A program made the translations under genes and the position numbers. From positions 137,674 through 201,673 of the forward strand of contig CALFER010000034.1 of assembly GCA_937951895.1 (NCBI GenBank): a stretch of DNA of 64,000 bases, written 5' to 3'. The notes under the pieces were generated by a model that saw only the letters and a list, made by a program, of their open reading frames with translations, did no database searches and was not told where the DNA came from. Below, in pieces: positions 47,748 through 59,749 of this stretch (the stretch's first letter is position 1; every line of letters starts with the position of its first letter). Source of the DNA: an uncultured bacterium. GTDB lineage: Bacteria > CSSED10-310 > CALFER01.

Positions 47748-50700
47748 TTATCGGAATTCCAACGACCGGAATCCCGGCAGCGCTTCGAGCGAACGGATAC
47801 ACTCCTCCGTCGGGTTGATCCTGAAATCGCTTCCCAGATCGATTGTGACCCGTTCCAACGGGTGATCAGGCGGAAACGTCAGCATGAACTGCAGCAGGGC
47901 GTCTCCTTTATGGCGCTGTAACAAACGCTCGATCTCCATGGCCTGAACTTTCGATTCGCCGTTTGTATTCAGAGACACGACGACAGCGCGCGTGAATCGC
48001 TTCCGCGCTTCGCTCACAGGAAGGATTTCTTCGACGCGCACCCGGATGTTGGTCTCGAAGATCGATGCGGATCCCAGCATGAAAATGATCGATTCGGTTT
48101 CGAGCACATCGCGGAACTTCTCCCACATTGCGGGTCGGACCATGAGTTCGTAGCTGCCCTCGAGATCCTCCATCGTGACGAACGCCATCTGCTCTTTGCT
48201 GGATTTCTGAATCAGTTTTTTGACATGTGACACGATTCCACACATCACCAGACGGTCACCGTCGAAGGCGTTTTCGAGTTTTCCGCTATCGTGTGTGCAG
48301 AATCGATCGACCTCGGCTTTGTATCGCAACAGCGGGTGGCCGGTCACGTAGAAGCCCAGCATTTCCTTTTCATTGGCGAGCAATTCCTGCGAATCCCACT
48401 CGGGCACATCCGGAATCTTCGGATCCGACATCTCATCGACGGTCCCCGCCCCCAGCATCGCGAACAGGCTGATCTGCCCCGAGTCCCGTTCCTTCTGCTT
48501 CTGCGCTCCGATTTCAATTGCCATGTCGATCGCGTCCAGAAGCTGACGCCTCCTGAATCCAAACGAATCGAATGCGCCGCTTCGGATCAGACTTTCCCCG
48601 ACCTTCCGATTCACGAGCCGCAGATCGACCCGGCGATAGAAATCGAACAGCGACTTGAACGGGCCATCGCTTTCACGCGCCTTCAGAATCGACTCGACCG
48701 CCGACACTCCGACGTTTTTGATCGCCGCCAGTCCGAAGCGGATTCCATCCGGCACGACAGTAAAATCGAGTCCTGATGAGTTGACATCGGGAGGCAGCAC
48801 GCGGATGTTCATTTTACGGCATTCCGAGATCGCCTTGACGACCTTGTCCTGATGCGCCATATCGCACGTCATGACCGCCGTCATAAACTCGCGCGGATGA
48901 TACCGCTTCATGTATGCCGTCTGATACGAAAGCAATGCATATCCCGCGGCATGCGATTTGTTGAAACCGTATAACGCGAACTTCTCCATCAGATCGAAGA
49001 CATCGCCCGCCGTATGCGAATCGTAGCCCAGAGCCAGCGCTCCCGGTATGTTCTTCTCGGAATCCCCCTTGATGAACACCTCGCGCATCCGCGCCATCTC
49101 TTCTTTCTTTTTCTTACCCATGGCGCGTCGCAGGATATCGGCGTGTCCCAGCGAGAATCCGGCCATGATCCGTGAAATCTGCATGACCTGTTCCTGATAG
49201 ACGATCAAGCCGTAAGTGTCCCTCAGGACGGATTCGAGCGACGCGTGCGGGTAGGAAATGACCTGTTCGCCATGCTTGCGAGCGATAAAATCCGGTATGA
49301 TTTCCATCGGCCCCGGTCGATACAGAGCCACCGCCGCAATGATGTCCTCAAAGCACGACGGTCGCATCTTGCGGATCATTTCCTGAAACCCGCTGCCTTC
49401 CATCTGGAACACACCGAAACACTCCCCCGTCGAGATATACTCGTAAACCGCCCTGTCATTGAGCCCCAGTGTCCGCAGGTCGAGGGGCTCACTGCCTTCC
49501 TTCCGGGACGCGTTGGCGAGACGCTGTGCGATATCCAGCACCGTGAGCGTGCGAAGGCCCAGGAAATCGAACTTGACCAACCCCGCTTTCTCGACATCTT
49601 CCTTCGCATATTGCGTCATGATGTCGTCAGCGCCTTCCTTCTTGACCGGAACCGTCTCCCAGAGCGGTCCTTCCGAGATGACGACACCGGCAGCATGTTC
49701 ACCCGCGTGCCGGTTCAATCCCTCCAGTCGCCGCGCAATCTCGAACAACTCCTTGATCTGCGCACTTTCCTCGATGCTTTGCCGCAGCTTCGGCTCCACT
49801 TCAAATGCGCTGTCGAGCGTCGCCTTGGGATCATTGGGGATCAGTTTCGCCAGGCGGTCGACATCCCCCAGCGGAATCCGGAGAACGCGTCCGACATCGC
49901 GAATGACCGCCTTGGCCTTCATGCAGTTGAACGTCACGATCTTCCCGACCCGATCCCGCCCGTACTTCTCGCTGACGTAATGGATCACCTCTTCGCGGCG
50001 ATTCATGCAGAAATCGATGTCGAAATCAGGCATCGAGACGCGCTCGGGATTCAAAAAACGCTCGAAGAGCAGATTGTACGGGATGGGATCCAGATCGGTG
50101 ATCCGCAGCGCGAAGGCCACGATGGAACCGGCGCCGGACCCTCGTCCAGGACCGACGGGTATATTCTGACTGTGCGCATAGTTGATAAAATCCGCGACGA
50201 TCAGGAAGTATCCGGAGAATCCCATGTTCTTGATGATTTCGAGTTCATCGCGCAGCCGGGCGAAATACGCCTCCCGATTCGCCTCATACGGCAAACCGGC
50301 AATGCGTTCATCGAGACCCGAGTGCGCGAGGTCATCGAGATACTGCTCCAGCGTCATACCGCTCGGGAGATGAAACTGCGGCAGCATCGGTTTATCGAGT
50401 TTCAGCGTGAGGTTACAGCGATCGGCGATTCGCCGGGTGTTGGCGACCGCATCGGGGAACGATTCAAACAACGGAATCATCTCGTGGGCCGATCGGAAAT
50501 AGAGCTGATCCGATTCGTAGCTGAACCGATCCGTGTCCTCCATCGTCTTCCCGGTCTGGATGCACAGGAGCACCTCATGGGCGCGCTTGTCATCCTGATT
50601 CAGATAGTGGCTGTCGTTCGTTGCCACGAGGGGGATATCGAGTTCCCTGGAAATTTTTAAGATTTCCTCGTTTGCCCGCACCTGATCCGCCATGCCATTG

Positions 50701-51242
50701 ACCTGGACCTCGAGAAAAAAGTTATCCGGGCCCAATATCGACCGGTAGCGTGAAGCGATCCGACGGGCGTCATCCATCCGTCCCTCGAGAATCGCCGAAG
50801 GGATTTCACCCGCCAGACATGCTGACAGTGCGATCAGGCCGTCGTGATACTGTTCGAGGAGTTCGTAATCGATCCGGGGATGGTAGTAGAAACCTTCGAG
50901 ATAGGCTTTACTGACGAGGCGCACGAGATTGCGGTAGCCGGTTTCGTTTTCCGCCAGGAGGATGAGATGAAACGCGGAGCGTCGTGTCATGTCGCGCCGG
51001 TCGCCCGGCGTGATGTAAACCTCGCAGCCGACGATGGGCTTGATCCCCGCTTTCTTCATCTTCGTATAAAAATCGATCGCGCCGAACATGTTGCCGTGAT
51101 CGGTCAACGCCACGGCATCCATCTGATACTCAGTGGCCTTTCGTGCGAGATCATCCAGGCGGATGGCGCCATCGAGCATCGAATAAGCGCTGTGGAGGTG
51201 AAGATGAACGAATTCGCTCACGGCCATGAGACTCACTCCCAT
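47748..51242 (-). CDS. dnaE: DNA polymerase III alpha subunit
   Basis: 1164 aa. PHP domain [13 protein letters not shown], polymerase core motifs, OB-fold C-terminus. Confidence 0.9.
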   Translation of the reverse strand: MGVSLMAVSEFVHLHLHSAYSMLDGAIRLDDLARKATEYQMDAVALTDHGNMFGAIDFYTKMKKAGIKPIVGCEVYITPGDRRDMTRRSAFHLILLAENETGYRNLVRLVSKAYLEGFYYHPRIDYELLEQYHDGLIALSACLAGEIPSAILEGRMDDARRIASRYRSILGPDNFFLEVQVNGMADQVRANEEILKISRELDIPLVATNDSHYLNQDDKRAHEVLLCIQTGKTMEDTDRFSYESDQLYFRSAHEMIPLFESFPDAVANTRRIADRCNLTLKLDKPMLPQFHLPSGMTLEQYLDDLAHSGLDERIAGLPYEANREAYFARLRDELEIIKNMGFSGYFLIVADFINYAHSQNIPVGPGRGSGAGSIVAFALRITDLDPIPYNLLFERFLNPERVSMPDFDIDFCMNRREEVIHYVSEKYGRDRVGKIVTFNCMKAKAVIRDVGRVLRIPLGDVDRLAKLIPNDPKATLDSAFEVEPKLRQSIEESAQIKELFEIARRLEGLNRHAGEHAAGVVISEGPLWETVPVKKEGADDIMTQYAKEDVEKAGLVKFDFLGLRTLTVLDIAQRLANASRKEGSEPLDLRTLGLNDRAVYEYISTGECFGVFQMEGSGFQEMIRKMRPSCFEDIIAAVALYRPGPMEIIPDFIARKHGEQVISYPHASLESVLRDTYGLIVYQEQVMQISRIMAGFSLGHADILRRAMGKKKKEEMARMREVFIKGDSEKNIPGALALGYDSHTAGDVFDLMEKFALYGFNKSHAAGYALLSYQTAYMKRYHPREFMTAVMTCDMAHQDKVVKAISECRKMNIRVLPPDVNSSGLDFTVVPDGIRFGLAAIKNVGVSAVESILKARESDGPFKSLFDFYRRVDLRLVNRKVGESLIRSGAFDSFGFRRRQLLDAIDMAIEIGAQKQKERDSGQISLFAMLGAGTVDEMSDPKIPDVPEWDSQELLANEKEMLGFYVTGHPLLRYKAEVDRFCTHDSGKLENAFDGDRLVMCGIVSHVKKLIQKSSKEQMAFVTMEDLEGSYELMVRPAMWEKFRDVLETESIIFMLGSASIFETNIRVRVEEILPVSEARKRFTRAVVVSLNTNGESKVQAMEIERLLQRHKGDALLQFMLTFPPDHPLERVTIDLGSDFRINPTEECIRSLEALPGFRSLEFR

Positions 51243-52780
51243 TCAATCGTTGCGGGCGGTTTCGATGAGATGTCGTAGACGACCCGATTGATACCTTTCA
51301 CTTCGTTGATGATCCGGCTGCTCATCCGTGCCAGCAGATCATGCGGCAGGCGCGCCCAATCCGCCGTCATGGCGTCGGTCGAAGTCACCGCCCGGATCGC
51401 GCAGACCGAATCGTAGGTTCGTTCGTCACCCATCACCCCAACCGTTTTCACCGGGAGAAGCACCGCGAAAACCTGCCACAACGAGCGCATCAGACCCGCC
51501 GCGGCAATTTCCTCCCGGACAATCCGATCGGCTTCCTGGACAATCCGGATGCGTTCCGGTGTCACCTCACCCAGGATTCTGACCGCCAATCCCGGCCCGG
51601 GGAACGGCTGCCGCCAGACGATTTCCTCCGGCATACCCAGAGCCAGACCGACCGCACGAACCTCGTCCTTGAACAGGAACCGCAGGGGTTCAACCAGCTT
51701 CAACCGCATCTTCTCCGGGAGGCCCCCGACGTTGTGGTGTGTCTTGATCGTGGCGGACGGACCTCTCACCGAAACACTCTCGATGACATCCGGATAGAGT
51801 GTCCCCTGTGCCAGAAAATCGATGCGCCCGTATCGTCTCGATTCGATCTCGAAGACTTCAATAAATGCATTGCCGATGATCTTCCGTTTTTTCTCGGGAT
51901 CCGTCACACCTTTGAGTTTCGACAGGAACCGGTCGGAGGCATCGACCGAGACGAAGCGTGCGCCGAGCCTCGGTCCGAAATATGCCTCGACCGCGGCCGC
52001 TTCTCCCGCTCGGAGGATCCCGTTGTTGATGAATATGGCGATCAGTTGATCCCCGATGGCCCGATCCAGCAGCATCGCGACGACCGCCGAATCGACGCCT
52101 CCGGAAAGTCCGCAGATGACCTTCCCCTGACCGACCTGCGTCCGGATGGCCCCGACGGCTTCCTCGATGAAGGTCCCCGCCGTCCAGTCCGGCCGGCATC
52201 CGCAGATGTCGATCACGAAGTTGCGGATCACTTCTTTGCCACGCGTCGAATGTGTCACTTCGGGATGAAACTGAATCCCGTAGATCCTGCGAACCGGATC
52301 GACGATTGCGGCGATGGGAGACGCATCGGTTTTTGCGATCAGCCGGAATCCGTCCGGAATCCGTTCCAGAATATCGCCATGACTCATCCAGACCATCAGC
52401 TGTGATTCGTTTTCAAGCCCTTTGAAGAGGGGATCCGTGCCGAGAATATCGAGTCGGATCGGGCCGTATTCACCCTCGGCGGCGCGGATGACCGAGCCTC
52501 CGAGATGCAAGCCGATCAACTGGCAACCGTAGCAGATACCCAGGATGGGAACCGGAGATTGAAAGATGGCGGGGTCGGGATGAGGCGAATCATCCGAATA
52601 GACGCTCGACGGCCCTCCGGTGAAAATGATCCCCGCGACATCGTCCCGGAACACCTGATCCGGCGCCGTGGTGTACGGAAGGATCTCACAGAAAACATTG
52701 CATTCGCGGATACGGCGCGCGATCAATTGTGTGTATTGAGAACCGAAATCGAGAATGACGATGCGGCGTCGGGATGTCAT
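51233..52780 (-). CDS. guaA: GMP synthase (glutamine-hydrolysing)
   Basis: 515 aa. Class I GATase (GICYGCQL, catalytic Cys-His), ATP-PPase P-loop SGGVDSAV, and the conserved C-terminal dimerisation domain ending ...ATIEWE. Confidence 0.9.
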   Translation of the reverse strand: MTSRRRIVILDFGSQYTQLIARRIRECNVFCEILPYTTAPDQVFRDDVAGIIFTGGPSSVYSDDSPHPDPAIFQSPVPILGICYGCQLIGLHLGGSVIRAAEGEYGPIRLDILGTDPLFKGLENESQLMVWMSHGDILERIPDGFRLIAKTDASPIAAIVDPVRRIYGIQFHPEVTHSTRGKEVIRNFVIDICGCRPDWTAGTFIEEAVGAIRTQVGQGKVICGLSGGVDSAVVAMLLDRAIGDQLIAIFINNGILRAGEAAAVEAYFGPRLGARFVSVDASDRFLSKLKGVTDPEKKRKIIGNAFIEVFEIESRRYGRIDFLAQGTLYPDVIESVSVRGPSATIKTHHNVGGLPEKMRLKLVEPLRFLFKDEVRAVGLALGMPEEIVWRQPFPGPGLAVRILGEVTPERIRIVQEADRIVREEIAAAGLMRSLWQVFAVLLPVKTVGVMGDERTYDSVCAIRAVTSTDAMTADWARLPHDLLARMSSRIINEVKGINRVVYDISSKPPATIEWE

Positions 52781-52819
52781 GGGTGTTCCTCCTGGATTGA
52801 CTCGGCGATATCTTAGTTT

Positions 52820-54379
52820 TCAGGGCCACGGGGCGCAAATTAAAAACGCCTCGATCGGCGTGCGTCGCCCCTTGACGACAGCCGGTCCGACTGGTCTGAG
52901 ACGGAACTCGTCGCGCGCAATCGCAGCCGTCGGGGCGCCGAGAGCGATCTGGTCCGGACCCGCGATTTCCTGCTGGAGGCGTTGAGCGATATTGACCGCA
53001 TCACCGATGACCGTGTAATCACGTCGGATCGCCGCACCGATGTCACCGGCAATCACACGGCCCGTGTTGATGCCCGATCGGATACAGATCCGGTTGTCAG
53101 GACTCGCGGATGCATTTTTCACGGAGAGCTTCCTGTGCAGCGAGACAGCGGCTCGAACCGCCCGGATCGTGTCGTCTTCGCACGCGATCGGTGCACCGAA
53201 AACCGCCATGAATCCGTCTCCGAGATACTTGTCGAGAGTGCCGCCGAATTCGAACACGGTATCGACCGCGAGTTCGAAGAACGCATCCACGCGCAGTTCG
53301 ACCTCGGCCGGCGTGTGACGCTCGGCATAGGGCGTGAACCCATGGATGTCGCAGAACCAGACGGTCGCCGTGCGCAACTCCGGGAGAATCGATCCCCCCC
53401 TCCGAAGGATTTCCTCGACAACCGCCGGGGAATGGAACTGAGCCAGCCGCTGGCGGACCCGGTCCATCCGGGCGATCTCCTCCAGCAATCGGCTCTGTTC
53501 GAGACCGACAGCGAGCAGATTGGCGAAAGCGGTGAGGATTTCAAGCGACGAGGGTCTGAACAATCGTTTCAGTTCACGTGTTTCCGCCGTGATGACGCCG
53601 AGCAGTCGGTCGTCGACGAGCATCGGAGCGGCCATGAGCGAACGGATTCCTTTTGCAACAATGCTTTCCGCACTCTGAAACGCACTCAGCCCCACATCCT
53701 CCGCCAGAATCGCAATCCGCTCCCGGATCACCCGCGAAAGCAGCGTCCGGCTGATGGGACCGGCAGACGCCGCCGGGCAGCAGTCCGGATCCGCGATGCG
53801 CCTGATCGACGCCGGGTCGGGAGTTCCATCGGGTGCAACGAGATGAATCTCGCAGGTGTCTGCACCGATCAGTTCATGAATGAGATCGATGCCGGCAAGC
53901 AGAAGGTCTCCGGCCGTACGCATCCGTATCAGGTCACGGGATAACCGGACAATGTTGCGGAATGCACGCTCATCCAGATCACCCGGAGAGGAGATCGACG
54001 AATCGGTTCTCAGAAGTCTCGCGGGCTGGAAAATATGGGTTTCGTTGAGGAGTTCGTCCGAGCCGAGCATCGGCTCCTCATCGGCCGATTCAGCAACCAG
54101 TTCGAACTCGAGATTCCCGACCCGGATCCGGTCTCCGGGATTCAATACCGTCGTTCGCACACGGTTTCCGTTGACCCACGTGCCGTTGCGGCTATCCAGA
54201 TCCTCAATCCGGACCTTCCCCGGTTCGATGACCAGGGCCGCATGCTGTCTGGAGATGTTGGAGGCGGATTTGAACACGAGATCGCTGGGATGCTGGCGTC
54301 CCAGGACCCATCGACCCGAGGCGGGTAGCGGATACTTCTCCTCCGGCCGATCGGTTCGTCTCAATCCTAACCGAATCAC
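52820..54379 (-). CDS. FHA domain - GAF domain - class III adenylate/guanylate cyclase
   Basis: GTG start overlapping the smc stop (GTGA). N-terminal FHA (WVLGRQHPSDLVFKSASNISRQHAAL...GTWVNG), central GAF-like region, C-terminal cyclase homology domain (TVWFCDIHGFT, GDGFMAVFGAP, RSGINTGRVIAGDIG, YTVIGDAVNIAQRL). Confidence 0.8.
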   Translation of the reverse strand: MIRLGLRRTDRPEEKYPLPASGRWVLGRQHPSDLVFKSASNISRQHAALVIEPGKVRIEDLDSRNGTWVNGNRVRTTVLNPGDRIRVGNLEFELVAESADEEPMLGSDELLNETHIFQPARLLRTDSSISSPGDLDERAFRNIVRLSRDLIRMRTAGDLLLAGIDLIHELIGADTCEIHLVAPDGTPDPASIRRIADPDCCPAASAGPISRTLLSRVIRERIAILAEDVGLSAFQSAESIVAKGIRSLMAAPMLVDDRLLGVITAETRELKRLFRPSSLEILTAFANLLAVGLEQSRLLEEIARMDRVRQRLAQFHSPAVVEEILRRGGSILPELRTATVWFCDIHGFTPYAERHTPAEVELRVDAFFELAVDTVFEFGGTLDKYLGDGFMAVFGAPIACEDDTIRAVRAAVSLHRKLSVKNASASPDNRICIRSGINTGRVIAGDIGAAIRRDYTVIGDAVNIAQRLQQEIAGPDQIALGAPTAAIARDEFRLRPVGPAVVKGRRTPIEAFLICAPWP

Positions 54380-57300
54380 AGCATTCCGATCCTGGCAGAG
54401 ACAATCTTCGAGATGCCGGGATCGACCATCGTGATCCCGTACAAGGCTTCTGCGATTTCCATGGACAGCGGATTATGAGTGATCATGACGACCTGGGTAT
54501 CGAGTGCCAGTTCCTTGAGATATCGGGTGAACCGGAGCACATTGGCGTCATCCAGGGCGGCATCGACCTCATCCAGATAGAGGATCGGAGCGGGTCGGTA
54601 TTTGAATCCGGCGAAGAGCAGCGCGAGCGCGCACAACGCTTTTTCACCACCCGAGAGCAGATCGATCGTACGGGCTCGCTTCCCGGGCGGTTTACACACG
54701 ATTTCGACACCCGTTTCCAGCGGATCATCCGGATTTTCAAGCCGAAGCTCCGCCTCACCCCCTTCAAACAGTTTCGCAAAAATGTCGCCGAAGTTTCGAT
54801 TCACCTGCTCGAATGCCTCCATGAACCGATTCCGGCTGGTGGTATTGATCTGCGAAATGGTGGATTTCAATGCGGCGATGGCTTCGTCGAGATCCCGGAC
54901 CTGTTCATCGAGAAACTGGTTGCGTTCGACGATTTCGCGGTGTTCGTCCAGAGCAGCCAGATTGACGTCTCCGAGAGCGAGAATATCGTGTTCGAGGGAC
55001 TCCACGTGCGATTTCCAGGCTTCGAGTTCCTCAGAGTCCGGAAGGGGTCCGCCGTGAGATGCTGCGGCTTCGAGATCGATCTGGGACTGCTCGCGGAGCA
55101 TCTCCATGCGCGAATTCAGTTCCGCGATGCGGATGGTGGCTCCTGACCGTTCCGTCTCGATGGCGCGCAGCGACTCTTTGACCGTGTTCCATTCCTGATC
55201 GAGTGCCTGCAGTGCGTCGCGTTCCCGACCGAGACGGGCGGAGGCGGTCTGGACCCGTGTTGCCAGGATGGGCTGTCGGTCGTTGCACGATTCGATCTCG
55301 CGGGTCGTCGCCCGAAGTTCGTTCGTCACTTCTTCGAATTGTCTGGAGTTGGCGGCGAGTCTCTGGTCGAGACGTTCTGTCAGTTCACGAAGCCGCAGGT
55401 TGCCGGATCGCATCGACTCGACTTCGCGCCGACAGGCCAACAGGCGCTCCCGTGTCGTCTCGGTCGCAATCCGCAATTCACCGAACGCATGTCGACTGTG
55501 TGCCACAAGCGCATCGTGTGTCTCGATCGCTCCGTCCAACTCCGCCATTCTCGCGATATCATCCGGTGCCATCGCTACGCTCTGAGTATCACGGTGTAAT
55601 CCGTCGAGAGCATCGGACAGAGAGGCAATCTCATCGCCAACCGCCCCGCTCTCGGCTTCAATCGCCTCGACCCGCAGATCGACCTGGCGGAGCTGACGCT
55701 CGAGATGTTCGGAATCCCGCCGGACAGCTGCAAGTTTCAGACGCAATTCCGATAGCGATTCACGTGTCTGTTTATGCTCCTGCTCGGCTTCCAGGAGCAA
55801 TTCCATATAGGCAGCCCGTTCCCCCTCGCATGCGTCACGTCGCTCAGTGACATCCCGGATTTCCTGCTGCAGGGATCGGATTTCCTGTTTTTTTGCGCGA
55901 TACTCGCCCGCAGGACTCACATCGAATCCTCCGGTTACAATGCCTTCCTCGCTGATGGTTTCGCCTGCGAGTGTCACGAGAGCGATGGGGGACTCGGATG
56001 ACTCCCAGACAGAGATGGCGGCCGGGAGATCATCGACCAGATAGACCTTGTGGAGCAGGAGATCGAGCAGGGCATCGAAACCCGGAGAGGGTCTGACGAG
56101 CGGGCGCAGATGACGGGCGTTCGGGACGGACGGGGTGACCGATGGGTGATCATGACGCATCGATTGCAGGGGTGTGAAGACGCATCGGCCGATTTTACGG
56201 GCATTGAGAAACGAAACGGCCTGGAGTGTGTGTCCATGACCCTCGACAACGACACCCTGGATCGATCCGGCCAGTGCGGCCGCAACCGCTCGTTCATAAA
56301 TCGGTTCGGTTTCGTATGTATCGGCCATCAGGCCGAGAATACCTTTGTGTTCTGCATGTTCAGCGGAGTATTCGGTCAGGATGTTTCGCACGGCCTCACC
56401 GAGGCCCTCACCCGCCCGGATGATGTCGGTGAGTGACCGGGCGCGCGAGGAGCATTCCATCAGCCGTGCGTCCATTGCCTGGATCTGCCCTCTCCGTTCA
56501 TCGACCGCTCTTCGCCGAGCCATGATCCGATCCTCGCACCGCGCCAATTCTTCGATCCGGCCGCGTTCGGATTCTTCGAGATCCCGGATGGACGCGATTG
56601 TGGAACGCACGGCGACGCCGCTCTGTTCGCGCTCCAGTGCCACCCGATCACGCTCCCGATACAGTTTCTCCGCACGAGATCTCAGGCGGCGCAATCCCTC
56701 CTCATACTCAATCTGCTGGTTCCGGCGTCGGGCAGCGAGTTCGAGGCATTTGAGTTCGCGGTCTTTGAGACTTCTGAGTTCCTTACGGAGTTGCGTGAGC
56801 GTGTCCTGATGACGGGATTCCTCGATCCGGGCCCGATCGACATCCTGTTCCAGGGCTTGAAGGGAGCGTTCGATATTCGACAGTGCGGCTGCCTTTTCCT
56901 CCGCGGATGTCTCGGATTCGGTTCTTCGGCCCTGCAGTTCATTCTGTTCGCTTTCGATATCCTGGGATGACCGGGTCAGAGCGTTTGAACGCGCATGCAG
57001 GTCGGCGAGCCGCCGGGTCAGGAAATCGAGTTGCATGTCATTCTGTTCCGCGTTTTTCTGCTCGGCTCGAAGCGCGTCCGTCGCTGAATCGACACGAAGA
57101 CGGGCCTGTTCCACCGCCGCTGCCTTCAAGGCGGTCTCCGCCATCAATCGGGCGGCGTCGTCTTCCAGCGAAGCAAGGCGGGTGGTGAGGGCGGTGCGGT
57201 CGCGCAGGGATTGCGCGAATCGGGCGGTCAGGTACGCATTCCGGGTCTCATCGCGCTCCCGGACCAATTCACGGAAACGCTCCGCTTTTCTGGCCTGCCT

Positions 57301-57993
57301 GGCCAGAACGGCCCTGCGTGACCGGACCTCGCCCAGGATGTCGCGAACGCGATCGAGATTCTGTTCGGTGAGATTGAGTTTGGATTGGGCTTCTTTTTTC
57401 CGGTGTTTGTACTTGACGATTCCCGCGCTCTGCTCAATCAAACCACGACGCTCGTCCGGCCGAGCCAGGAGCAGGGCATCCACCTTACCCTGTTCGATCA
57501 GGGAATACGCGCCTTTCCCCAGTCCCGCATCCATGAAGAGATCGACGATATCCTTGAGCCGGCATGGTTGCCGGTTCAGAAGATATTCGCTTTCGCCGCT
57601 CCGGTACAAGCGCCGCGTGACTTCGATGTCCCGGTAATCATGTGGCGGATGATCCGACAGCCATTCGACGGTGAGTGATACCTCCGCGAGTCCGACCGGT
57701 TTCCGGGTCGCACTTCCGTTGAAGATGACATCGGACATGTTCTGCGCCCGGAGCTGTGACGGGCCTTGTTCACCGAGCACCCATCGGAGGGCATCGAGAA
57801 TATTCGATTTCCCGCAGCCATTGGGTCCGACGATCGCACAAACCGGATGGTCAAACTCCAGGACCGCTCGATCCGGAAACGACTTGAACCCCTGAAGACT
57901 CAGGCGTTTGAAGCGGATCGAGACTCCTGCGGGCTGCGGCTGCTCAATGATGTCGGTCGATGTTGCTATCACCCACCCTCCGGATCTATCCAA
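54376..57993 (-). CDS. smc: Chromosome segregation protein SMC
   Basis: 1205 aa. N-terminal Walker A GPNGCGKSN, long coiled coils, central hinge, C-terminal signature LSGGEKALCALALLFA and Walker B LYLDEVDAALD. Confidence 0.85.
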   Translation of the reverse strand: MDRSGGWVIATSTDIIEQPQPAGVSIRFKRLSLQGFKSFPDRAVLEFDHPVCAIVGPNGCGKSNILDALRWVLGEQGPSQLRAQNMSDVIFNGSATRKPVGLAEVSLTVEWLSDHPPHDYRDIEVTRRLYRSGESEYLLNRQPCRLKDIVDLFMDAGLGKGAYSLIEQGKVDALLLARPDERRGLIEQSAGIVKYKHRKKEAQSKLNLTEQNLDRVRDILGEVRSRRAVLARQARKAERFRELVRERDETRNAYLTARFAQSLRDRTALTTRLASLEDDAARLMAETALKAAAVEQARLRVDSATDALRAEQKNAEQNDMQLDFLTRRLADLHARSNALTRSSQDIESEQNELQGRRTESETSAEEKAAALSNIERSLQALEQDVDRARIEESRHQDTLTQLRKELRSLKDRELKCLELAARRRNQQIEYEEGLRRLRSRAEKLYRERDRVALEREQSGVAVRSTIASIRDLEESERGRIEELARCEDRIMARRRAVDERRGQIQAMDARLMECSSRARSLTDIIRAGEGLGEAVRNILTEYSAEHAEHKGILGLMADTYETEPIYERAVAAALAGSIQGVVVEGHGHTLQAVSFLNARKIGRCVFTPLQSMRHDHPSVTPSVPNARHLRPLVRPSPGFDALLDLLLHKVYLVDDLPAAISVWESSESPIALVTLAGETISEEGIVTGGFDVSPAGEYRAKKQEIRSLQQEIRDVTERRDACEGERAAYMELLLEAEQEHKQTRESLSELRLKLAAVRRDSEHLERQLRQVDLRVEAIEAESGAVGDEIASLSDALDGLHRDTQSVAMAPDDIARMAELDGAIETHDALVAHSRHAFGELRIATETTRERLLACRREVESMRSGNLRLRELTERLDQRLAANSRQFEEVTNELRATTREIESCNDRQPILATRVQTASARLGRERDALQALDQEWNTVKESLRAIETERSGATIRIAELNSRMEMLREQSQIDLEAAASHGGPLPDSEELEAWKSHVESLEHDILALGDVNLAALDEHREIVERNQFLDEQVRDLDEAIAALKSTISQINTTSRNRFMEAFEQVNRNFGDIFAKLFEGGEAELRLENPDDPLETGVEIVCKPPGKRARTIDLLSGGEKALCALALLFAGFKYRPAPILYLDEVDAALDDANVLRFTRYLKELALDTQVVMITHNPLSMEIAEALYGITMVDPGISKIVSARIGML

Positions 57994-58099
57994 TCACATG
58001 CGACGTGAACGGGATTTCCAATCCGGAGAGCATAGCATCCTGGGCTCGGAATTGGCAACCCGAACGGCTATTCAGAGGGGGTCATCGCCTGCTGATATA

Positions 58100-59749
58100 C
58101 TAGATATTGGGCAACCGATCGAGAACCGCCTGCACCCGATGCAATGCTTCACTGCGCTCCGGTTCCGGCCAGCGCCGGAAGACGAGTCTGAGGGATCGAG
58201 CCGCCTGGCAGGCGCGGTTACGCATGCTCTGAACCAGATCCTGCCGGCCGGCGGCGGATGCGAAACAGGCCGCATCGACTCGGTTTTCGAGATAGAAGAT
58301 GGAGATTGGTTCGGTTCGGCGATTGAAGAATTTCAACTCGGCCAGCAGATCGAACGTTGATTCGCAGCCTTTGAGACAAGCGGTATCGATTGCGGATTCG
58401 ATCCGGGCAATTCGCAACCACTCGGATTCCTTCAGTCGCCTCGCGATACCCACTGCTTCCTCATGGGTTCGGCTGGCGGCCAGGAGATCGCCGAGCCGAC
58501 GAAGAATCCGGCCTTTGAGCAGCAGGGCGAACAGCCGCAGTTCTTCGGTAATCCGATGCTGTGCCAGTGCCATATCGAGGTGATCGAGAGCCGACTCGAA
58601 GGCGCCGATCCGATATCTCAGGATCGCGATATTGCGATGCAGATGACAGGTATCGATTGCTGTGTTCAGTTTGGCGAATTCGGTCAGGGATTCCGTCCAT
58701 CTGGTTTCGGCCGACCGGAGGTTTCCCGCTTCCGCAAGAAACGATCCGGTGTTTGCCATTATCTGTGCTTTGAGATACGGGCTGTCGGTGTATTCCAGTC
58801 GAAACAATGCCGTTTCTCCGAATTCGATCGCTTTCTGCAGGTTGCCCTGGCGGTAGTGGACACACGCGAGATTATTCAGATCCTTGGCCTGTTCGATCGC
58901 ATCCGGTGCCCGACTCGACAGATCGATGGCGGTTTCGATGGCATGGATCGCTTCCGGATAACGTCCCAGTTGGAACAGGGTGCTTCCGAGATCACGGTGG
59001 GAGAGCCGCTGTTCATCGGCATCCCGGGATTGGATTGCGAGGGTGATCGCACGATTGAAGAGGTCGACGGCCTGGTCATATCGCTGTTCATGAAACAGGG
59101 ATTCGCCGATCGCGCGCAAGGCTCGGACCTGATTGGGCGTGTCGTCCAGTGCGGTCATGAGCATAAAGGCGAGATACAGGCAGGGGAGCGGATTGGGGTT
59201 GGTTGAATCGAGATCGAGTACGATTCCATAGTTCAGGAGGTTCATCGAAAAGCGTCTGAGAGCCGGAAGAAAACGCGCGATGGAGGCGTCCTCGAGGATA
59301 CCTGACATCAGCGTGGACCGCTTTTCGAGTTCTCGTGTCATCATCTCGACACTCCGCTCTGGACCGGCGCTGACCGAACCGAGGAACGCGAGCATTTGCG
59401 AAGAGAAGGCGCGCAGGAGATCGAGGATGACGGTTTCTGTGTCGGCTGAATCCTGAAACGGCATGGCGGCGACCGCGCGCAATTCCTCGAGCACATCCGG
59501 AACAGACCGGATACCGCAGCCGTTGGGACGGGGCGGTTTGGGCATGACCTGCAGCAATTCCGGGGGGAGACCGGCTTCATCGATATGCTCGATGGTCATC
59601 AACCTGAGATATTCACGACGGCAGGCGCGACACCCGTCGAGATGGCGTCGCATCGACGTCATGGCATCGGCATCCAGCAATCGGCGGATATAGCTGATCA
59701 GTCTGTCCCGACATGTTTCGCACGGGACCTGGATCAACTCCTGTTTCAT
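58100..59749 (-). CDS. Anti-sigma factor with N-terminal zf-HC2 zinc finger and large TPR-repeat domain
   Basis: 549 aa. CETCRDRL...HLDGCRACRREY (Cx2C...Hx3Cx2C), then more than 8 TPR repeats. ATGA-coupled to the ECF sigma gene. Confidence 0.65.
   Translation of the reverse strand: MKQELIQVPCETCRDRLISYIRRLLDADAMTSMRRHLDGCRACRREYLRLMTIEHIDEAGLPPELLQVMPKPPRPNGCGIRSVPDVLEELRAVAAMPFQDSADTETVILDLLRAFSSQMLAFLGSVSAGPERSVEMMTRELEKRSTLMSGILEDASIARFLPALRRFSMNLLNYGIVLDLDSTNPNPLPCLYLAFMLMTALDDTPNQVRALRAIGESLFHEQRYDQAVDLFNRAITLAIQSRDADEQRLSHRDLGSTLFQLGRYPEAIHAIETAIDLSSRAPDAIEQAKDLNNLACVHYRQGNLQKAIEFGETALFRLEYTDSPYLKAQIMANTGSFLAEAGNLRSAETRWTESLTEFAKLNTAIDTCHLHRNIAILRYRIGAFESALDHLDMALAQHRITEELRLFALLLKGRILRRLGDLLAASRTHEEAVGIARRLKESEWLRIARIESAIDTACLKGCESTFDLLAELKFFNRRTEPISIFYLENRVDAACFASAAGRQDLVQSMRNRACQAARSLRLVFRRWPEPERSEALHRVQAVLDRLPNI

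Noticed and set aside
49245-50660. 471-aa plus-strand ORF
   Set aside because: Antisense to dnaE.
51341-52405. 354-aa plus-strand ORF
   Set aside because: Antisense to guaA.
52982-53944. 320-aa plus-strand ORF
   Set aside because: Antisense to the FHA-GAF-cyclase gene.
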